Source: an uncultured Gemmatimonadales bacterium (GTDB lineage: Bacteria; Gemmatimonadota; Gemmatimonadetes; Longimicrobiales; Longimicrobiaceae). Taken from it: DNA of 64,000 nt. The translations under genes and the position numbers were made by a program. The DNA lies in NCBI GenBank assembly GCA_963716255.1, contig OY970303.1, forward strand, positions 1,344,001 through 1,408,000, given 5' to 3'. The notes beneath the pieces were generated by a model. It had not been told where the DNA came from, did not search any database, and was given only the letters and a program-made list of their open reading frames with translations. Below, one piece after another: positions 1 through 9,744 of the stretch (positions within the stretch are counted from its first letter, which is position 1; every line of letters starts with the position of its first letter).

Positions 1-79
1 CCTGGGGCCCGCCGCGATAGCGCATGCCACCCTCCCAGACCACCTCCACCGGGTACGGCGAAGCAACTCCCTCGGGCAT
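1..79 (-). CDS. OsmC-family protein, N-terminal part (runs off window start)
   Basis: Manual translation from ATG at 79: MPEGVASPYPVEVVWEGGMRYRGGPR; GGGAGG RBS upstream; VxWxGGMR resembles OsmC/YhfA N-termini. Confidence 0.55.
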   Translation of the reverse strand, partial: MPEGVASPYPVEVVWEGGMRYRGGPQ

Positions 80-105
80 CTGCGTCCTCCCTTTCGGATA
101 AGCGA

Positions 106-129
106 ATCGCCCCGCCGGGGCGGGGCGAT
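106..129. terminator. GC hairpin downstream of small membrane protein gene
   Basis: ATCGCCCCGCC-GG-GGCGGGGCGAT perfect inverted repeat. Confidence 0.45.
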
Positions 130-163
130 CGGTCGGCGTGTAGTGGGCGGGCGGCCTTCCCGC

Positions 164-376
164 TCAGTACGTCTGCCGCGGCCCCGGTCCCGGCGGGTTG
201 CGCGGCGTGGGGTCGCGCGGCTTGGTGCGGGTGGTGGCCGTCAGGATCCCGATTCCAAGGAACACCACCGCGCCGATCACGATCCACACGGGCGGGGCGC
301 CCAGCATGAACGCCGCGGCGGCGAGCCCCGCGACCACGATGATAATGCCGAGCAGGTACGTCTGAAAGGACGTCAT
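164..376 (-). CDS. Small two-TM membrane protein (70 aa)
   Basis: MTSFQTYLLGIIIVVAG...; GGAGGT RBS before ATG 376; two hydrophobic segments. Confidence 0.75.
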   Translation of the reverse strand: MTSFQTYLLGIIIVVAGLAAAAFMLGAPPVWIVIGAVVFLGIGILTATTRTKPRDPTPRNPPGPGPRQTY

Positions 377-489
377 GGTCACCTCCGGCGAAGTCTCTCC
401 CTGCGTCGGGCCCGTTGCCCGCGTCCGCTGCGGGTAATGCAGGAGCGGTGCCGTCGTCCGGAACGGCAACTGCTGTTTACGGCGGGTTC

Positions 490-621
490 GGGCGTGCCCC
501 CGGCTGGCGCCGGGGTCGGGCTGCGGCTCCGTAAGCGAGCAAACAACGCTCGCTAACGGAGTCGAGCCCCCGCGAAACTGCCCGCGGGGTCTCGCCCCTT
601 CGGGCCGAAATCCCTCACGCG
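490..621 (+). repeat. Family A structured repeat, copy 1
   Basis: GGGCGTGCCCCCGGCTGGCGCCGGGGTCGGG...CTCCGTA-stem-AAACAAC-stem-AACGGAGTCGAGC...GTCTCGCCCCTTCGGGCCGAAATCCCTCACGCG. Confidence 0.95.
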
Positions 622-645
622 GGGCTCGCGCTGGCGTCCGCTGGT

Positions 646-696
646 GCCCCCTCCCCCCGGCCCCCTCCCCCGCAAGCGGGAGAGGGGGAGCACTGC
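646..696 (+). repeat. Family C REP-like hairpin
   Basis: GCCCCCTCCCCCCGGCCCCCTCCCCCGCAAGCGGGAGAGGGGGAGCACTGC, identical at 30006-30056. Confidence 0.85.
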
Positions 697-881
697 ACGG
701 CTGTTGCCGTTGCGATCTGCGTCGGGAGGTCGGGGGAGGCTGCGCAGGCGGTGCGTTTGTTCGAAGCCAGCGTGATCCTGCGGACCTGCTCAACCGGTAG
801 GCGAGTTTCGCACTGCCGGAGCAGCCTCCCCCGGCCGACCCCAAACCCGGAGCCCGCCGGAGCGCGCCGTCGTTCCGGCTC

Positions 882-1724
882 TCAGACGACAGGGTCGGCG
901 CCGAGCGCGCCCACGTGCCGCGCGAGCACCTCCTCCATCCAGCCGTGGAGCAGGCCGTTGCTGGCGAGCACCCGGCCGCTCTCCACGGGGCCGCGCGCGT
1001 CGCCCGGCCAGCCGCTCACCGTGCCCCCGGCCTCCGCCACCAGCAGCGCGCCCGCGGCCACGTCCCACGGCGACAGGCCGAGCTCGAAGTAGCCGTCCAC
1101 GCGGCCGGCGGCCACGTAGGCCAGGTCCAGCGCGGCGCTCCCGGCGCGGCGCACGTCCTGCGCGTCCGCCATCACGTCCGCCACCAGGCGGAAGTACGGC
1201 TCCAGTGCGCCCTTCCCCGCCTTGAAGGGAAAGCCGGTGGCGAGCAGGGCGCGGCGCGGCGTGTCCGTCGCGCTGACGCGGATGGGCGCGTCGTTCAGGA
1301 AGGCGCCGCCGCCGCGGACGGCGTGGAACACCTCGCCCAGGAGCGGCGCGTGGACCACCGCCGCGGCCGGCCCCGCATCGTCCGCGAAGGCGATGCTCAC
1401 GCAGGTGAACGGGTAGCCGTGGACGAAGTTGTTGGTCCCGTCGATGGGGTCCACGATCCAGCGCCGTCCCGCGGCGAGCGCCGCCGAGGAAGTCTCCTCC
1501 GCGACGATGCCGTCGCCGGGAAAGTGGGCGCGGATGCGGGCGATCACCGCGCGCTCCGCCGCTTCGTCCACGGCGGTGACCAGGTCGGCGCGCTCCTTCT
1601 CGCGGACCTCGGCCGCGCCCTCGCGGGCGACGATCAGCGCCGCGGCCTCCGCCGCGGCGCGGCGGGCCACGAGCAGCTCGGCGGCGAGCTCCAGCGAAGC
1701 GTCGGGCATACGGGATCGCGTCAT
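882..1724 (-). CDS. Inositol monophosphatase family protein (SuhB-like)
   Basis: Motifs DLVTAVD, WIVDPIDGTNNFVHG, GSAALDL, WDVAAG; ATGA overlap with upstream gene. Confidence 0.92.
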   Translation of the reverse strand: MTRSRMPDASLELAAELLVARRAAAEAAALIVAREGAAEVREKERADLVTAVDEAAERAVIARIRAHFPGDGIVAEETSSAALAAGRRWIVDPIDGTNNFVHGYPFTCVSIAFADDAGPAAAVVHAPLLGEVFHAVRGGGAFLNDAPIRVSATDTPRRALLATGFPFKAGKGALEPYFRLVADVMADAQDVRRAGSAALDLAYVAAGRVDGYFELGLSPWDVAAGALLVAEAGGTVSGWPGDARGPVESGRVLASNGLLHGWMEEVLARHVGALGADPVV

Positions 1725-2251
1725 GGGGTGTGCGCCGGCGTGCCGTCGTCCGCGGCGGTGCGGACGAACGGCTCCGCGAGCCGGGGGAACTCGCGGTCCG
1801 GGCGCGGCGTCCGCGCGAGGTCCAGGCGAGTGAAGGCCACGGCGACCTCGTCGTAGTCGTCGGCGATGAACAGGACGCGGTGCACGAAACCGGCCCCCGG
1901 GGCCCGGTCCACCTCGTCGTACAGCGCTTCGCAGCGCGGGTCCCGCGCAATGCGCGCCAGGCGCTCCACGTCCGGCGCCGCGAGCTCCACCCCGTGGTAG
2001 ACCAGGTCCAGGTCGAAGTAGCCCCGCCCCAAGTCGCCGCAGCGCAGCTCCAGGCGCAGGGCGCCGCGGGCCTCGTCGAGCGCCACGCGGCGGACCAGTC
2101 CGTCGTGGATGCTCGTCCGGGCCAGCTCCGCGACGGCGGGCGGCAGCGAAGGCTCCAGGTCGTCGACGAGCCGCCAGTAGGCGTCGCGCGCCGCGGCGCT
2201 CTCGTCGTCGTCCAGCAGCCCCTGGTGCCACTCCGGGGTGAAGAAGCGCAC
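1721..2251 (-). CDS. Hypothetical protein (DUF4085-like)
   Basis: MRFFTPEWH...SIHDG; translationally coupled within the operon; family assignment from memory. Confidence 0.65.
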   Translation of the reverse strand: MRFFTPEWHQGLLDDDESAAARDAYWRLVDDLEPSLPPAVAELARTSIHDGLVRRVALDEARGALRLELRCGDLGRGYFDLDLVYHGVELAAPDVERLARIARDPRCEALYDEVDRAPGAGFVHRVLFIADDYDEVAVAFTRLDLARTPRPDREFPRLAEPFVRTAADDGTPAHTP

Positions 2252-2260
2252 CGGCGCCCC

Positions 2261-3214
2261 CTACTCCTCGGGGACCGCCGCGGCGGCCGGCGCGCGGCGG
2301 GAGCCGCTCATCAGCGCCAGCGTGCTCCCCACGATCAGCACCGCCCCCGCCACGCTCCACGCGTCCGGCACCTCGCCGAAGAAGAGCACCCCCCAGGCCG
2401 CCGCGAAGACGATCTGCAGGTAGCCCACCGCCGTGGCGCGGCCGGCGCGCTCCATCTGCAGGCCGCGCGTCATGTAGATCTGCGCCACCTGCGTCGTCGC
2501 GCCCACGCCCGCCAGCAGCAGCCACTCCAGCGGCGTGGGCCAGCGCGGCTCGGCGCCGGCGAGGAGCGGGATGATGGTGGGAATGGTCATCACCGGGAGG
2601 TAGAAGACCACCACCAGCGGGTGCTCGTCCCTGAGGGCGCGGATGGTGGTGTAGGCCGACGCCGCGGAAAGCGCCCCCGCCAGCGCGATCGCCACGTGCC
2701 AGGGGTTCAGCCGCGCCGCGCCGCCGAAGAGCACCGCCGGGTGCGTCACCAGCAGCACCCCCGCCAGGCTGAGCAGCACGCACGCCACCTCCCGGCGCCC
2801 CATCCGCTCCCCCAGCAGGATGCCGGCGAGGATCGCGGTGAACACCGGGTTCATGTACTGGATGACGGTGGCCTCCGCGATGGGGAGGTGCACCAGCGAG
2901 TAGTAGAAGCAGGTGATGGACGAGGCGCCCACCAGCCCCCGCAGCGCCAGGCGCCCGCGGTGGATCCCCCAGGGACGCACCCCGGCGCGCCGCAGCATCG
3001 CCCAGCTGAGGACGAAGGTGACCACCGCGCGGGCGAGCACGATCTGAGCGCTCGGGAGCCGCGTGCCGGCCTCCTTCACCAGCAGGCTCATCACCGAGAA
3101 CCAGAACGCGCCCACCGCCATGTACCGCAGCCCCGCCGTGGAGACCGGGGCCGGAGAGACCGGCTCTGGACCGGCGCCGGCGAGCGCCGGCGTCGGCCGC
3201 ATGGATTCCTGCAT
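2261..3214 (-). CDS. DMT/EamA family transporter
   Basis: About 10 TM helices, LPIAEATVIQYMNPVFTAILAGILLGER motif; start uncertain (3214 or 3202). Confidence 0.9.
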   Translation of the reverse strand: MQESMRPTPALAGAGPEPVSPAPVSTAGLRYMAVGAFWFSVMSLLVKEAGTRLPSAQIVLARAVVTFVLSWAMLRRAGVRPWGIHRGRLALRGLVGASSITCFYYSLVHLPIAEATVIQYMNPVFTAILAGILLGERMGRREVACVLLSLAGVLLVTHPAVLFGGAARLNPWHVAIALAGALSAASAYTTIRALRDEHPLVVVFYLPVMTIPTIIPLLAGAEPRWPTPLEWLLLAGVGATTQVAQIYMTRGLQMERAGRATAVGYLQIVFAAAWGVLFFGEVPDAWSVAGAVLIVGSTLALMSGSRRAPAAAAVPEE

Positions 3215-3383
3215 TCGTGGCCCGTACGGGACGCGCCCCCGCACACGCGGCGGTGGCGTGGAGGACGCGGACAGAGCGAAAAAGGTCGCCGGGACGCCCG
3301 GCCCCGGAAAGATCGGAGCGGGCACGTCCCGGCTGCACCCCCCGCACGGAATGGGCCTATAGGCATCGACACGACAGGACTCG

Positions 3384-3512
3384 GGGCGTGCCCCCGGCTG
3401 CGCCGGGGTCGGGCTTCGGCTCCGTAAGCCCGCAAACAACGCGGGCTAACGGAGTCGAGCCCCCGCAAACTGCCGCGGGGTCTCGCCCCTTCGGGCCGGA
3501 ATCCCTCACGCG
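3384..3512 (+). repeat. Family A structured repeat, copy 2
   Basis: Same frame as copy 1; inner stem AGCCCGC/GCGGGCT. Confidence 0.95.
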
Positions 3513-3543
3513 GGCATCGCGCTGGCGTCCGCGGGGCGATTCG

Positions 3544-4842
3544 TCAGCGCGCCATGCGCCTCACCCGCACCGCGCCCCCGTCCTCCCAGGCGAGCACCCG
3601 CGCGCCGTCCGCGCCCGCCAGGTCCGGGAGCCTGCCGCCCACCGTGTTCTCCGCGGGGTGGAGCTTCCCGGCCCCGTCAACGCGGCCCAGCAGCAGCTTC
3701 GGCTCCTGCTCCCTCCGGTCCTCCCAGGCGATCCACGCGCCGTCCGCGCCCGCCGACACGCGGGCCTGCGACGGCGGCACCCACTCGCCTGTCAGCAGCG
3801 GGGTCGCCTCGCCGAAGCGGAGCGTCGCCCCGTCCGCCGCGGCGTACCAGAGCCCCTGCCGCCCCGGCGTGCCGGTGTACCAGGCCACGTGCACCCGCCC
3901 CGCGCCGTCCACCGCCAGCGACGGCCCCGCGTGCGGGCAGCCGGGGAACACCCAGCCGTCCGCGTGCACCCGGCGCGGCGCGGAGAACCCCGCGGCTCCG
4001 GGCGCCCGGCGGGCGACCACCACGTCGCGCACGTCGCCCGCGAAGACCTTGCGCCAGGCCACGTACACCGCGCCGTCCGGGCCCACCGCCAGCGAGGTGC
4101 GGCAGCAGGGGCACACCTCCCCGTCCACCACCACCCCCGCCCCGAAGCTGCGCCCCCCGTCCGTGGACGCCGCCACCCGGACCTCCGAGCCCGGGAGCCC
4201 TTCCTCCCCGGCGGCGTGGGCGCCATGGCCTCCGTGCCCTCCCGGCGCCGCCGGCCCGATCCGCCCGGAAGCGACGCGCTCCGCGCGCAGCCGGTCGCGG
4301 ACGCGCGCGTCGATCCACGACACGTACACCGTCCCGTCGCGCGCCACGGCCAGGTTGTGGAAGGTGTGCGACGACGGGAGCCCGCCCGCGTCGTCGTTGA
4401 CCGTGGCCGCGGGCGCGAAGGTGCGCCCGCCGTCCTCCGAGCGGGCGAAGCGCAGGTCGCTGGCCGGGAACGGCCGCCCCGGCACCGGCGTGCTCCGCTG
4501 CCAGGCCACGTACACCTCGCCGCGCGGCCCCACCGCCACCTGCGGCGGGGCCTGGTCGTGCGTGGAGGCGTCGCCCGCGACCGTGTTGACGCGCACGGGC
4601 TCGCCCGCGGCCCCGTCCGGCGCGATGCGGGCCAGGTACACGCCGGGGACGCCGGCGCTGTCCGCCACCCACGCCGCGTAGGCCGCGCCCGTGCGCGCGT
4701 CCGCGGCCACGGTGGGCCGCCCGGCGCCGCGCGCCGCCAGCGTCGCGGTCGGCCCGGGCGTGTCGCCCGCGGCGGGGGAGCACGCGGCCAGCGCCGCGAG
4801 TCCCAGGAGCGCCGCGCATCCGGATGGGCTCATCGCTCTCAT
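3544..4842 (-). CDS. BNR/Asp-box (sialidase-like) beta-propeller lipoprotein with His-rich loop and CPCC motif
   Basis: Lipobox LAAC; Asp boxes SEDGGRTF and STDGGRSF; VCPCCRT and GCPHAGP motifs. Confidence 0.85.
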   Translation of the reverse strand: MRAMSPSGCAALLGLAALAACSPAAGDTPGPTATLAARGAGRPTVAADARTGAAYAAWVADSAGVPGVYLARIAPDGAAGEPVRVNTVAGDASTHDQAPPQVAVGPRGEVYVAWQRSTPVPGRPFPASDLRFARSEDGGRTFAPAATVNDDAGGLPSSHTFHNLAVARDGTVYVSWIDARVRDRLRAERVASGRIGPAAPGGHGGHGAHAAGEEGLPGSEVRVAASTDGGRSFGAGVVVDGEVCPCCRTSLAVGPDGAVYVAWRKVFAGDVRDVVVARRAPGAAGFSAPRRVHADGWVFPGCPHAGPSLAVDGAGRVHVAWYTGTPGRQGLWYAAADGATLRFGEATPLLTGEWVPPSQARVSAGADGAWIAWEDRREQEPKLLLGRVDGAGKLHPAENTVGGRLPDLAGADGARVLAWEDGGAVRVRRMAR

Positions 4843-4852
4843 CGCCGCCCCC

Positions 4853-7195
4853 TCAGCGGCCCGGGCCGTAGCGGACGCCCACGTACACCGTCCGCGGCAG
4901 CCCCGGCGTCATCTCCTCCTTCGCGAAGGCGCTGTACGCGGCGAGCTCGGCGTAGCGCTCGTCCGCCAGGTTGGTCACCCGTGCCACCAGCTCCACCCGC
5001 CGCGCGACCGGGAGGGCGGCGCGCAGGTTGAGCAGGTCGTGGCCGCCGTAGCGGTGGGTGTTCTCCGGGTCCATCCAGTAGCTCCCCACGCGCGCCCACT
5101 CGCCCTCCACGCGGGCGCCCGCCAGCCACGCCGGCGCGTACGCCAGCCGGGCGCTCGCCAGGTCGCGCGGGGCGGCCTCGATGCCGTTGCCCGCGTAGCT
5201 CACCGCGGCGCTGGGGGCCCAGTCCTCGTACGTCTGGCGCGAGCGCGACCAGTTGGCGTCCGCCGTCAGCTCGTCCGTCAATGCCAGGGCGGCGCCCAGC
5301 TCCACCCCGCGGTGCAGCGTTTCCCCCGCGTTGCTGGAGACCCGGCTCCCGTCCGCGGCGCGGAAGGCGAGGATGTCGTCGCGGATCCGCATGCGGTACG
5401 CGGCCGCGTCGTAGCTCAGCCGGCCCAGGCGGCCGCGGAAGCCGGCCTCCACGTTGTCGGCGCGCACCGGCCGCAGGTCGGTCGAGCTTTCCGCCGGCCC
5501 CTGCCGGAAGAGCTGCCCCTCCGCCGGGGCGCGGAAGCCGTGGCCGTACGAGGCGTACACCCCCAGCGCCGGCCCCGCCTCCCAGGTGACGCCCAGCTTG
5601 GGGCTCAGGTGGTCGTAGCGCGGGTCCGCGTCGGCCGGGCGGCGGTGCGGGCCCGTCGCCAGCGGCGCCAGGCGCGAGTCGTAGTCGTAGCCGGCGTGGT
5701 CGTAGCGCAGCCCGGCCACCACCCGCACCCGCTCCAGCGGCGAGGCCTCCGCCTGCACGTACGGCGAGACCCCGCGGAACACCACGTCGTAGTCGTACAC
5801 CGTGTCGCCGGCGGTGAAGGCGCGCATCACCCGGCCGTCGCGCTCCGGCGCGATCCGCCGCTCCAGCCGGTAGCCCGGGCTGTAGTCCACGTCCACCCCG
5901 GCGATCACCCGCGCGCGCAGCGGCACGAAGTCGCGCCGCACCCTGGCCAGCACCCCCAGCGAGGAGTGCCCCGTGCGGTACCACACCGGGTCGTAGGAGA
6001 GCATCCAGCTGGGGACGATCTCCATGGAGTTGCGGCGCACGAAGGGCGTCACGCTGAACAGGGTGGACCCGGACACCTTTTCCCACGCCGACGACAGGCG
6101 GAACGCCTCCACCTGGCGGAGGGCGATGGGGTTGTAGTTGACGGTGGGGTGGTCGCGGAAGTCGCCCAGCGACACCGCCGACGGGTCCGTCTGGTCGATG
6201 TGCGAGAACGTGGCGACCGTGCGCAGCGCGCCGCCGCCGCCGCCGAGGGCGCGGTCCCAGCGCAGCGTGCCGCTCTGGCGGGTGTAGTCGGTGGCGTCGC
6301 GCCACCCGTCGGTGCGGGTCAGGTTGAGGTCCGCGCGCAGGCCGTCGCGCCCGCGCGTGCCCGCGGCCGTCACCAGCGCCCGCCCCCACCCGAAGCCGCC
6401 GCCCTCCACCGCCGCCTCCAGCCCCGGCCCGGCGGAGGGAGCGCGCGTCCCCACGCTCACCACCCCGCCGATGGCGTCGCTCCCGTACAGCGCGGTGGCG
6501 GGGCCCTTGAGCACCTCGATGCGGTCCGCCTGCGGGAGGTTGACCTCGTACAGCGCGTTGTGGTTGAAGAAGCCGGTGGAGCGCGTGGGGACGCCGTCCT
6601 CCAGGAACAGGTACACAGGCTTGGTGGTCATCGGCTGGCGGATGGCCGTCTTGTGCCCCTCGCCCCCCGCCGCACCGATCCACACCCCGGGGATGCGGTT
6701 GGCGATCTCGGAGGGGTGGGCCGGCATGGACGCGCGGATCGCCGCCCCGCCGATGACGTGCACCGTGGCCGGCGTTTCCGCGCGGCGCTGCGCCTCGCGG
6801 CTGGCGCTCACCACGATCTCCTCCAGCGCCAGGGCGGCGCCCGCCAGCCGGAAGTCGGCGCGCGCCACCCCGCCGGAGGGCACCTCCACCGGCAGCGTGC
6901 CCGGCGAGAAGCCGATGCGCTCGGCCGTGAGCGTCAGCGCCCCGGCGGGGACGCCGCCCAGCGCGAAGCGCCCGCGGGCGTCGGTGTGCGTGGACGCGCC
7001 GCTGGAGGCGCGCACGGCGGCCCCGGCCAGCGGCTCGCCGGTGGCGGCGGACACCACCGTCCCCTCCACCGACCCCGGCTGCTGGGCGCGTAGCGGGAGG
7101 GCGGAGGACAGCAGCAGGACCGCGGCCGCCAGCAGGCGGGCGGCCGGATAGGATACGGAGGCGCGCACGGCGCTCCGGACGACGTGACGGGACAA
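4853..7195 (-). CDS. TonB-dependent receptor with N-terminal carboxypeptidase-regulatory-like domain
   Basis: Plug motif RIEVLKGPATALYGSDAIGGVV; C-terminal NLADERY...PRTVYVGVRY; TTG start with GAGGTGG RBS. Confidence 0.92.
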   Translation of the reverse strand: MSRHVVRSAVRASVSYPAARLLAAAVLLLSSALPLRAQQPGSVEGTVVSAATGEPLAGAAVRASSGASTHTDARGRFALGGVPAGALTLTAERIGFSPGTLPVEVPSGGVARADFRLAGAALALEEIVVSASREAQRRAETPATVHVIGGAAIRASMPAHPSEIANRIPGVWIGAAGGEGHKTAIRQPMTTKPVYLFLEDGVPTRSTGFFNHNALYEVNLPQADRIEVLKGPATALYGSDAIGGVVSVGTRAPSAGPGLEAAVEGGGFGWGRALVTAAGTRGRDGLRADLNLTRTDGWRDATDYTRQSGTLRWDRALGGGGGALRTVATFSHIDQTDPSAVSLGDFRDHPTVNYNPIALRQVEAFRLSSAWEKVSGSTLFSVTPFVRRNSMEIVPSWMLSYDPVWYRTGHSSLGVLARVRRDFVPLRARVIAGVDVDYSPGYRLERRIAPERDGRVMRAFTAGDTVYDYDVVFRGVSPYVQAEASPLERVRVVAGLRYDHAGYDYDSRLAPLATGPHRRPADADPRYDHLSPKLGVTWEAGPALGVYASYGHGFRAPAEGQLFRQGPAESSTDLRPVRADNVEAGFRGRLGRLSYDAAAYRMRIRDDILAFRAADGSRVSSNAGETLHRGVELGAALALTDELTADANWSRSRQTYEDWAPSAAVSYAGNGIEAAPRDLASARLAYAPAWLAGARVEGEWARVGSYWMDPENTHRYGGHDLLNLRAALPVARRVELVARVTNLADERYAELAAYSAFAKEEMTPGLPRTVYVGVRYGPGR

Positions 7196-7281
7196 GGCTC
7201 CACCTCGGGGAAGAGGGCTGCGTACGGAAGCGCGGGCTCCGGCCGCCGTCGTGGCGTCCGGGCGCTCCGGGTCACCTGGGG

Positions 7282-7731
7282 TCAGGCGCGCAGCGCGGGA
7301 GGTGCGAGGCCGTAGGGGAGGGTGAAGGGAGGGAAGCGGTCCGGGAGCCCGGCCCCGCGGTCGAGGGAGGCGACGGGCGCCGCCGGAACGACGGCCCCGG
7401 CCTCGCGGCACGACGCCGCGAACACGGGGAGCGCCACGCCCGCCGGGCAGCACCCCACGCAGGTGCAGCCGCCGTGGGCGCCGTGGTCGGCCGGCGCCCG
7501 GTCGTGCTCCGCGGCCGCCGCGGCCGCAGGGCCGTGCTCCGCGTGCGCGCCGTGCCCCGCCCGGGCCGCCGGGCCGCCGCCCGCCCGCACGACGGCGGAG
7601 TGGTGGGGGCACGGGTGCAGCCCGACCGCGTCCCCCGTCCAGGTGAACAGGAGGAGGAGCGCCGCCAGCAGGGCGGAGAAGCGGTTCGCCGCGGAACGCT
7701 TCACGGTGGACGGGTGCGAGGCGTCGAGCAT
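7282..7731 (-). CDS. DUF2946/CruR-like His/Cys-rich leader protein upstream of the TonB receptor
   Basis: Hydrophobic N-terminus, HPCPHH, His-rich linker, CTCVGCC, Pro-rich end PFTLPYGLAPP. Confidence 0.7.
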   Translation of the reverse strand: MLDASHPSTVKRSAANRFSALLAALLLLFTWTGDAVGLHPCPHHSAVVRAGGGPAARAGHGAHAEHGPAAAAAAEHDRAPADHGAHGGCTCVGCCPAGVALPVFAASCREAGAVVPAAPVASLDRGAGLPDRFPPFTLPYGLAPPALRA

Positions 7732-7973
7732 GGGGGAAAGATCGGCGGCGCGCGCCGGACGCGAAATCCGGGCGCTTCCCGAAACCGCGTGGGAGATTTC
7801 CCGACGGGGATGCGCAGCCTCACAACGATAATCGCGCCGCGCCCCGGGGACCAGCATCTCGATCTCGCGGCGCCGCCTGGCCCTGCCCGCGCCGATGTGG
7901 CATCTTCCCGGGCCGCCGTCCCGGACCGCGGGGCGGCCGGGGCTCCCGGTCTGGACGGACACCAGGTACTTCG

Positions 7974-9419
7974 ATGCACGGCAGCGGATCGGCCACGCGC
8001 CCGTTTCGTCCCGCGGCGGGCGCCCTCCGGGCGGCGCTCCTCCGCCTCCTCCCCGCCCTCCTCCTCCTCGCCGCCCTCCCCGCGGCGGGGCTGGCGCACA
8101 CGCGGCTGGAGTCCTCGGTTCCCGCCGCGGACGCGGTCCTGCGCACCCCGCCCGCCGAGCTGCGCCTGCGCTTCAGCGCCCCCGTGGAGCCGCGGCTCAC
8201 CGGGGCGACGCTGCTCGGCGAGGCGGGCGACACCGTCCTGGTGGCCGTCGCGGCTCCCGCCCCCGGCTCCGGCAACCGCGCCTTCGTGGTCCCCGTCACC
8301 ACCACGCTCGCCCCCGGGCAGTACATGGTGGAGTGGCGGACGGCGGGCGCGGACGGCCACGTGATCCGCGGCGCCTACTCCTTCGTGGTGGAGGGGCTCG
8401 CGCCCCCGGCCGCCGCCGCGCCGGCGGACACCGCCCCCGCGCCCGCGGACACCGCCGCCGCGCCGCCCCCGGGCGACGATGCCGGCCGGGACGCGCTCTT
8501 CCTCCCCGGCTCCCCGCTGGGGGTGCTGGTCCGCTGGCTGGGATTCCTGGGGCTGCTGGGGATGATCGGCGCCGCGACGTTCCGCCTGGCGGTGCTTCCC
8601 GCCGCGGAGCGGGGCGGCCTCGCGGCGGAAGCCTCCGGGGCCGCCGCGCGGCGATCCCGCGGCGCCGCGCTGGCCGCGCTGGGGCTCTTCGCGCTGGCGC
8701 TCGCCGGGCGGCTCTGGATGCAGGCGGCCGCGCTCGCCGGGCCGGGCGGCTCCGGCGCGGGCGGGACGCTCCCCGCGGTGCTGGACACCGGGTGGGGCCG
8801 GGCGTGGGCCGCGCAGGCGGCCGGCGCCGCCGCGTTCCTGGCCGCGCTGCTCCTCGCGCGGCGGCGGGAGCACGCGGCGGGGTGGCGGGCGGCGGCCGCC
8901 GCCCTGGCCGTCGTCGCGGCGGGGACCGCCTGGGCCGGCCACGCCGCCGCCGTGGAGCGGGCGCGGGCCCTGGCCCTGCTCGCGGACGGGCTCCACCTGC
9001 TGGGCGCGGGGGCGTGGATGGGGACGCTGGCGCTGCTGCTGGGCGTGGGGATCCCCGCGGCGCTGCGCGCGCCCGCCGGGGGGCGGGGCGCGGGGGTCGC
9101 GGCGCTGGTGCGCGCCTTTTCCCCCATCGCGCTGGCGGGGGCCGGCACCGCCGCCGCCACCGGGGTGGCGAGCGCCCTGTTCCACCTGGGCGCCCCCGCC
9201 GAGCTGTGGAGCACCGGCTACGGCCGCGCCCTCCTCCTCAAGCTGGCCCTGGTGGCGCTGGCCGCCCTGGCCGGGCTGCGCAACTGGCGCGTCCTCACCC
9301 CCGCCCTGGAGGGCGACGCCGGGGCCCGCTCGCTGCGGCGCACCGTGGCCGCCGAAGTGGCCGTGGGCGTCCTGGTGGTGCTGGTGACCGCGGTGCTCGT
9401 GGCGCTGCCGCCGCCCTGA
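7974..9419 (+). CDS. CopC-CopD fusion copper resistance/uptake protein
   Basis: Signal peptide then HTRLESSVP; WRTAGADGHVIRG (CopC); GHAAA, HLLGAGAWMG, YGRALLLKL (CopD). Confidence 0.92.
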   Translation: MHGSGSATRPFRPAAGALRAALLRLLPALLLLAALPAAGLAHTRLESSVPAADAVLRTPPAELRLRFSAPVEPRLTGATLLGEAGDTVLVAVAAPAPGSGNRAFVVPVTTTLAPGQYMVEWRTAGADGHVIRGAYSFVVEGLAPPAAAAPADTAPAPADTAAAPPPGDDAGRDALFLPGSPLGVLVRWLGFLGLLGMIGAATFRLAVLPAAERGGLAAEASGAAARRSRGAALAALGLFALALAGRLWMQAAALAGPGGSGAGGTLPAVLDTGWGRAWAAQAAGAAAFLAALLLARRREHAAGWRAAAAALAVVAAGTAWAGHAAAVERARALALLADGLHLLGAGAWMGTLALLLGVGIPAALRAPAGGRGAGVAALVRAFSPIALAGAGTAAATGVASALFHLGAPAELWSTGYGRALLLKLALVALAALAGLRNWRVLTPALEGDAGARSLRRTVAAEVAVGVLVVLVTAVLVALPPP

Positions 9420-9744
9420 GCGGCCGGCCCGCGTGTCCTCCGGGCCGGGCAGGCCGTCCCCGCGGGAGTACACCCGCGGCGGGTCCGCGGCAGGGCCGGC
9501 CAGGGCGCCGCCCGGCCCGGCGAGCCGCCATTTCCGACACTCCGCGACCCCAGCGGCGCGCCCACACTGGCGAAAGCGGGAGGAGGCACGTAATTTGACG
9601 CCTTCCTCCGAATCTTCGTGACCCGTCCCCGATCCAGGGGAACAGGTCGCACCGTGCAGGAACCGTCGGCGCTCCCGGGCTGTACCACGCAGTCCACCGC
9701 CGCGCGCCAGCAGCGCCCATCGCAACCCTGTCACCGACACCCCC

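Noticed and set aside
490..621. Family A as tRNA or tmRNA fragments
   Set aside because: No T-loop/D-loop consensus or CCA end; length and arm arrangement do not fit.
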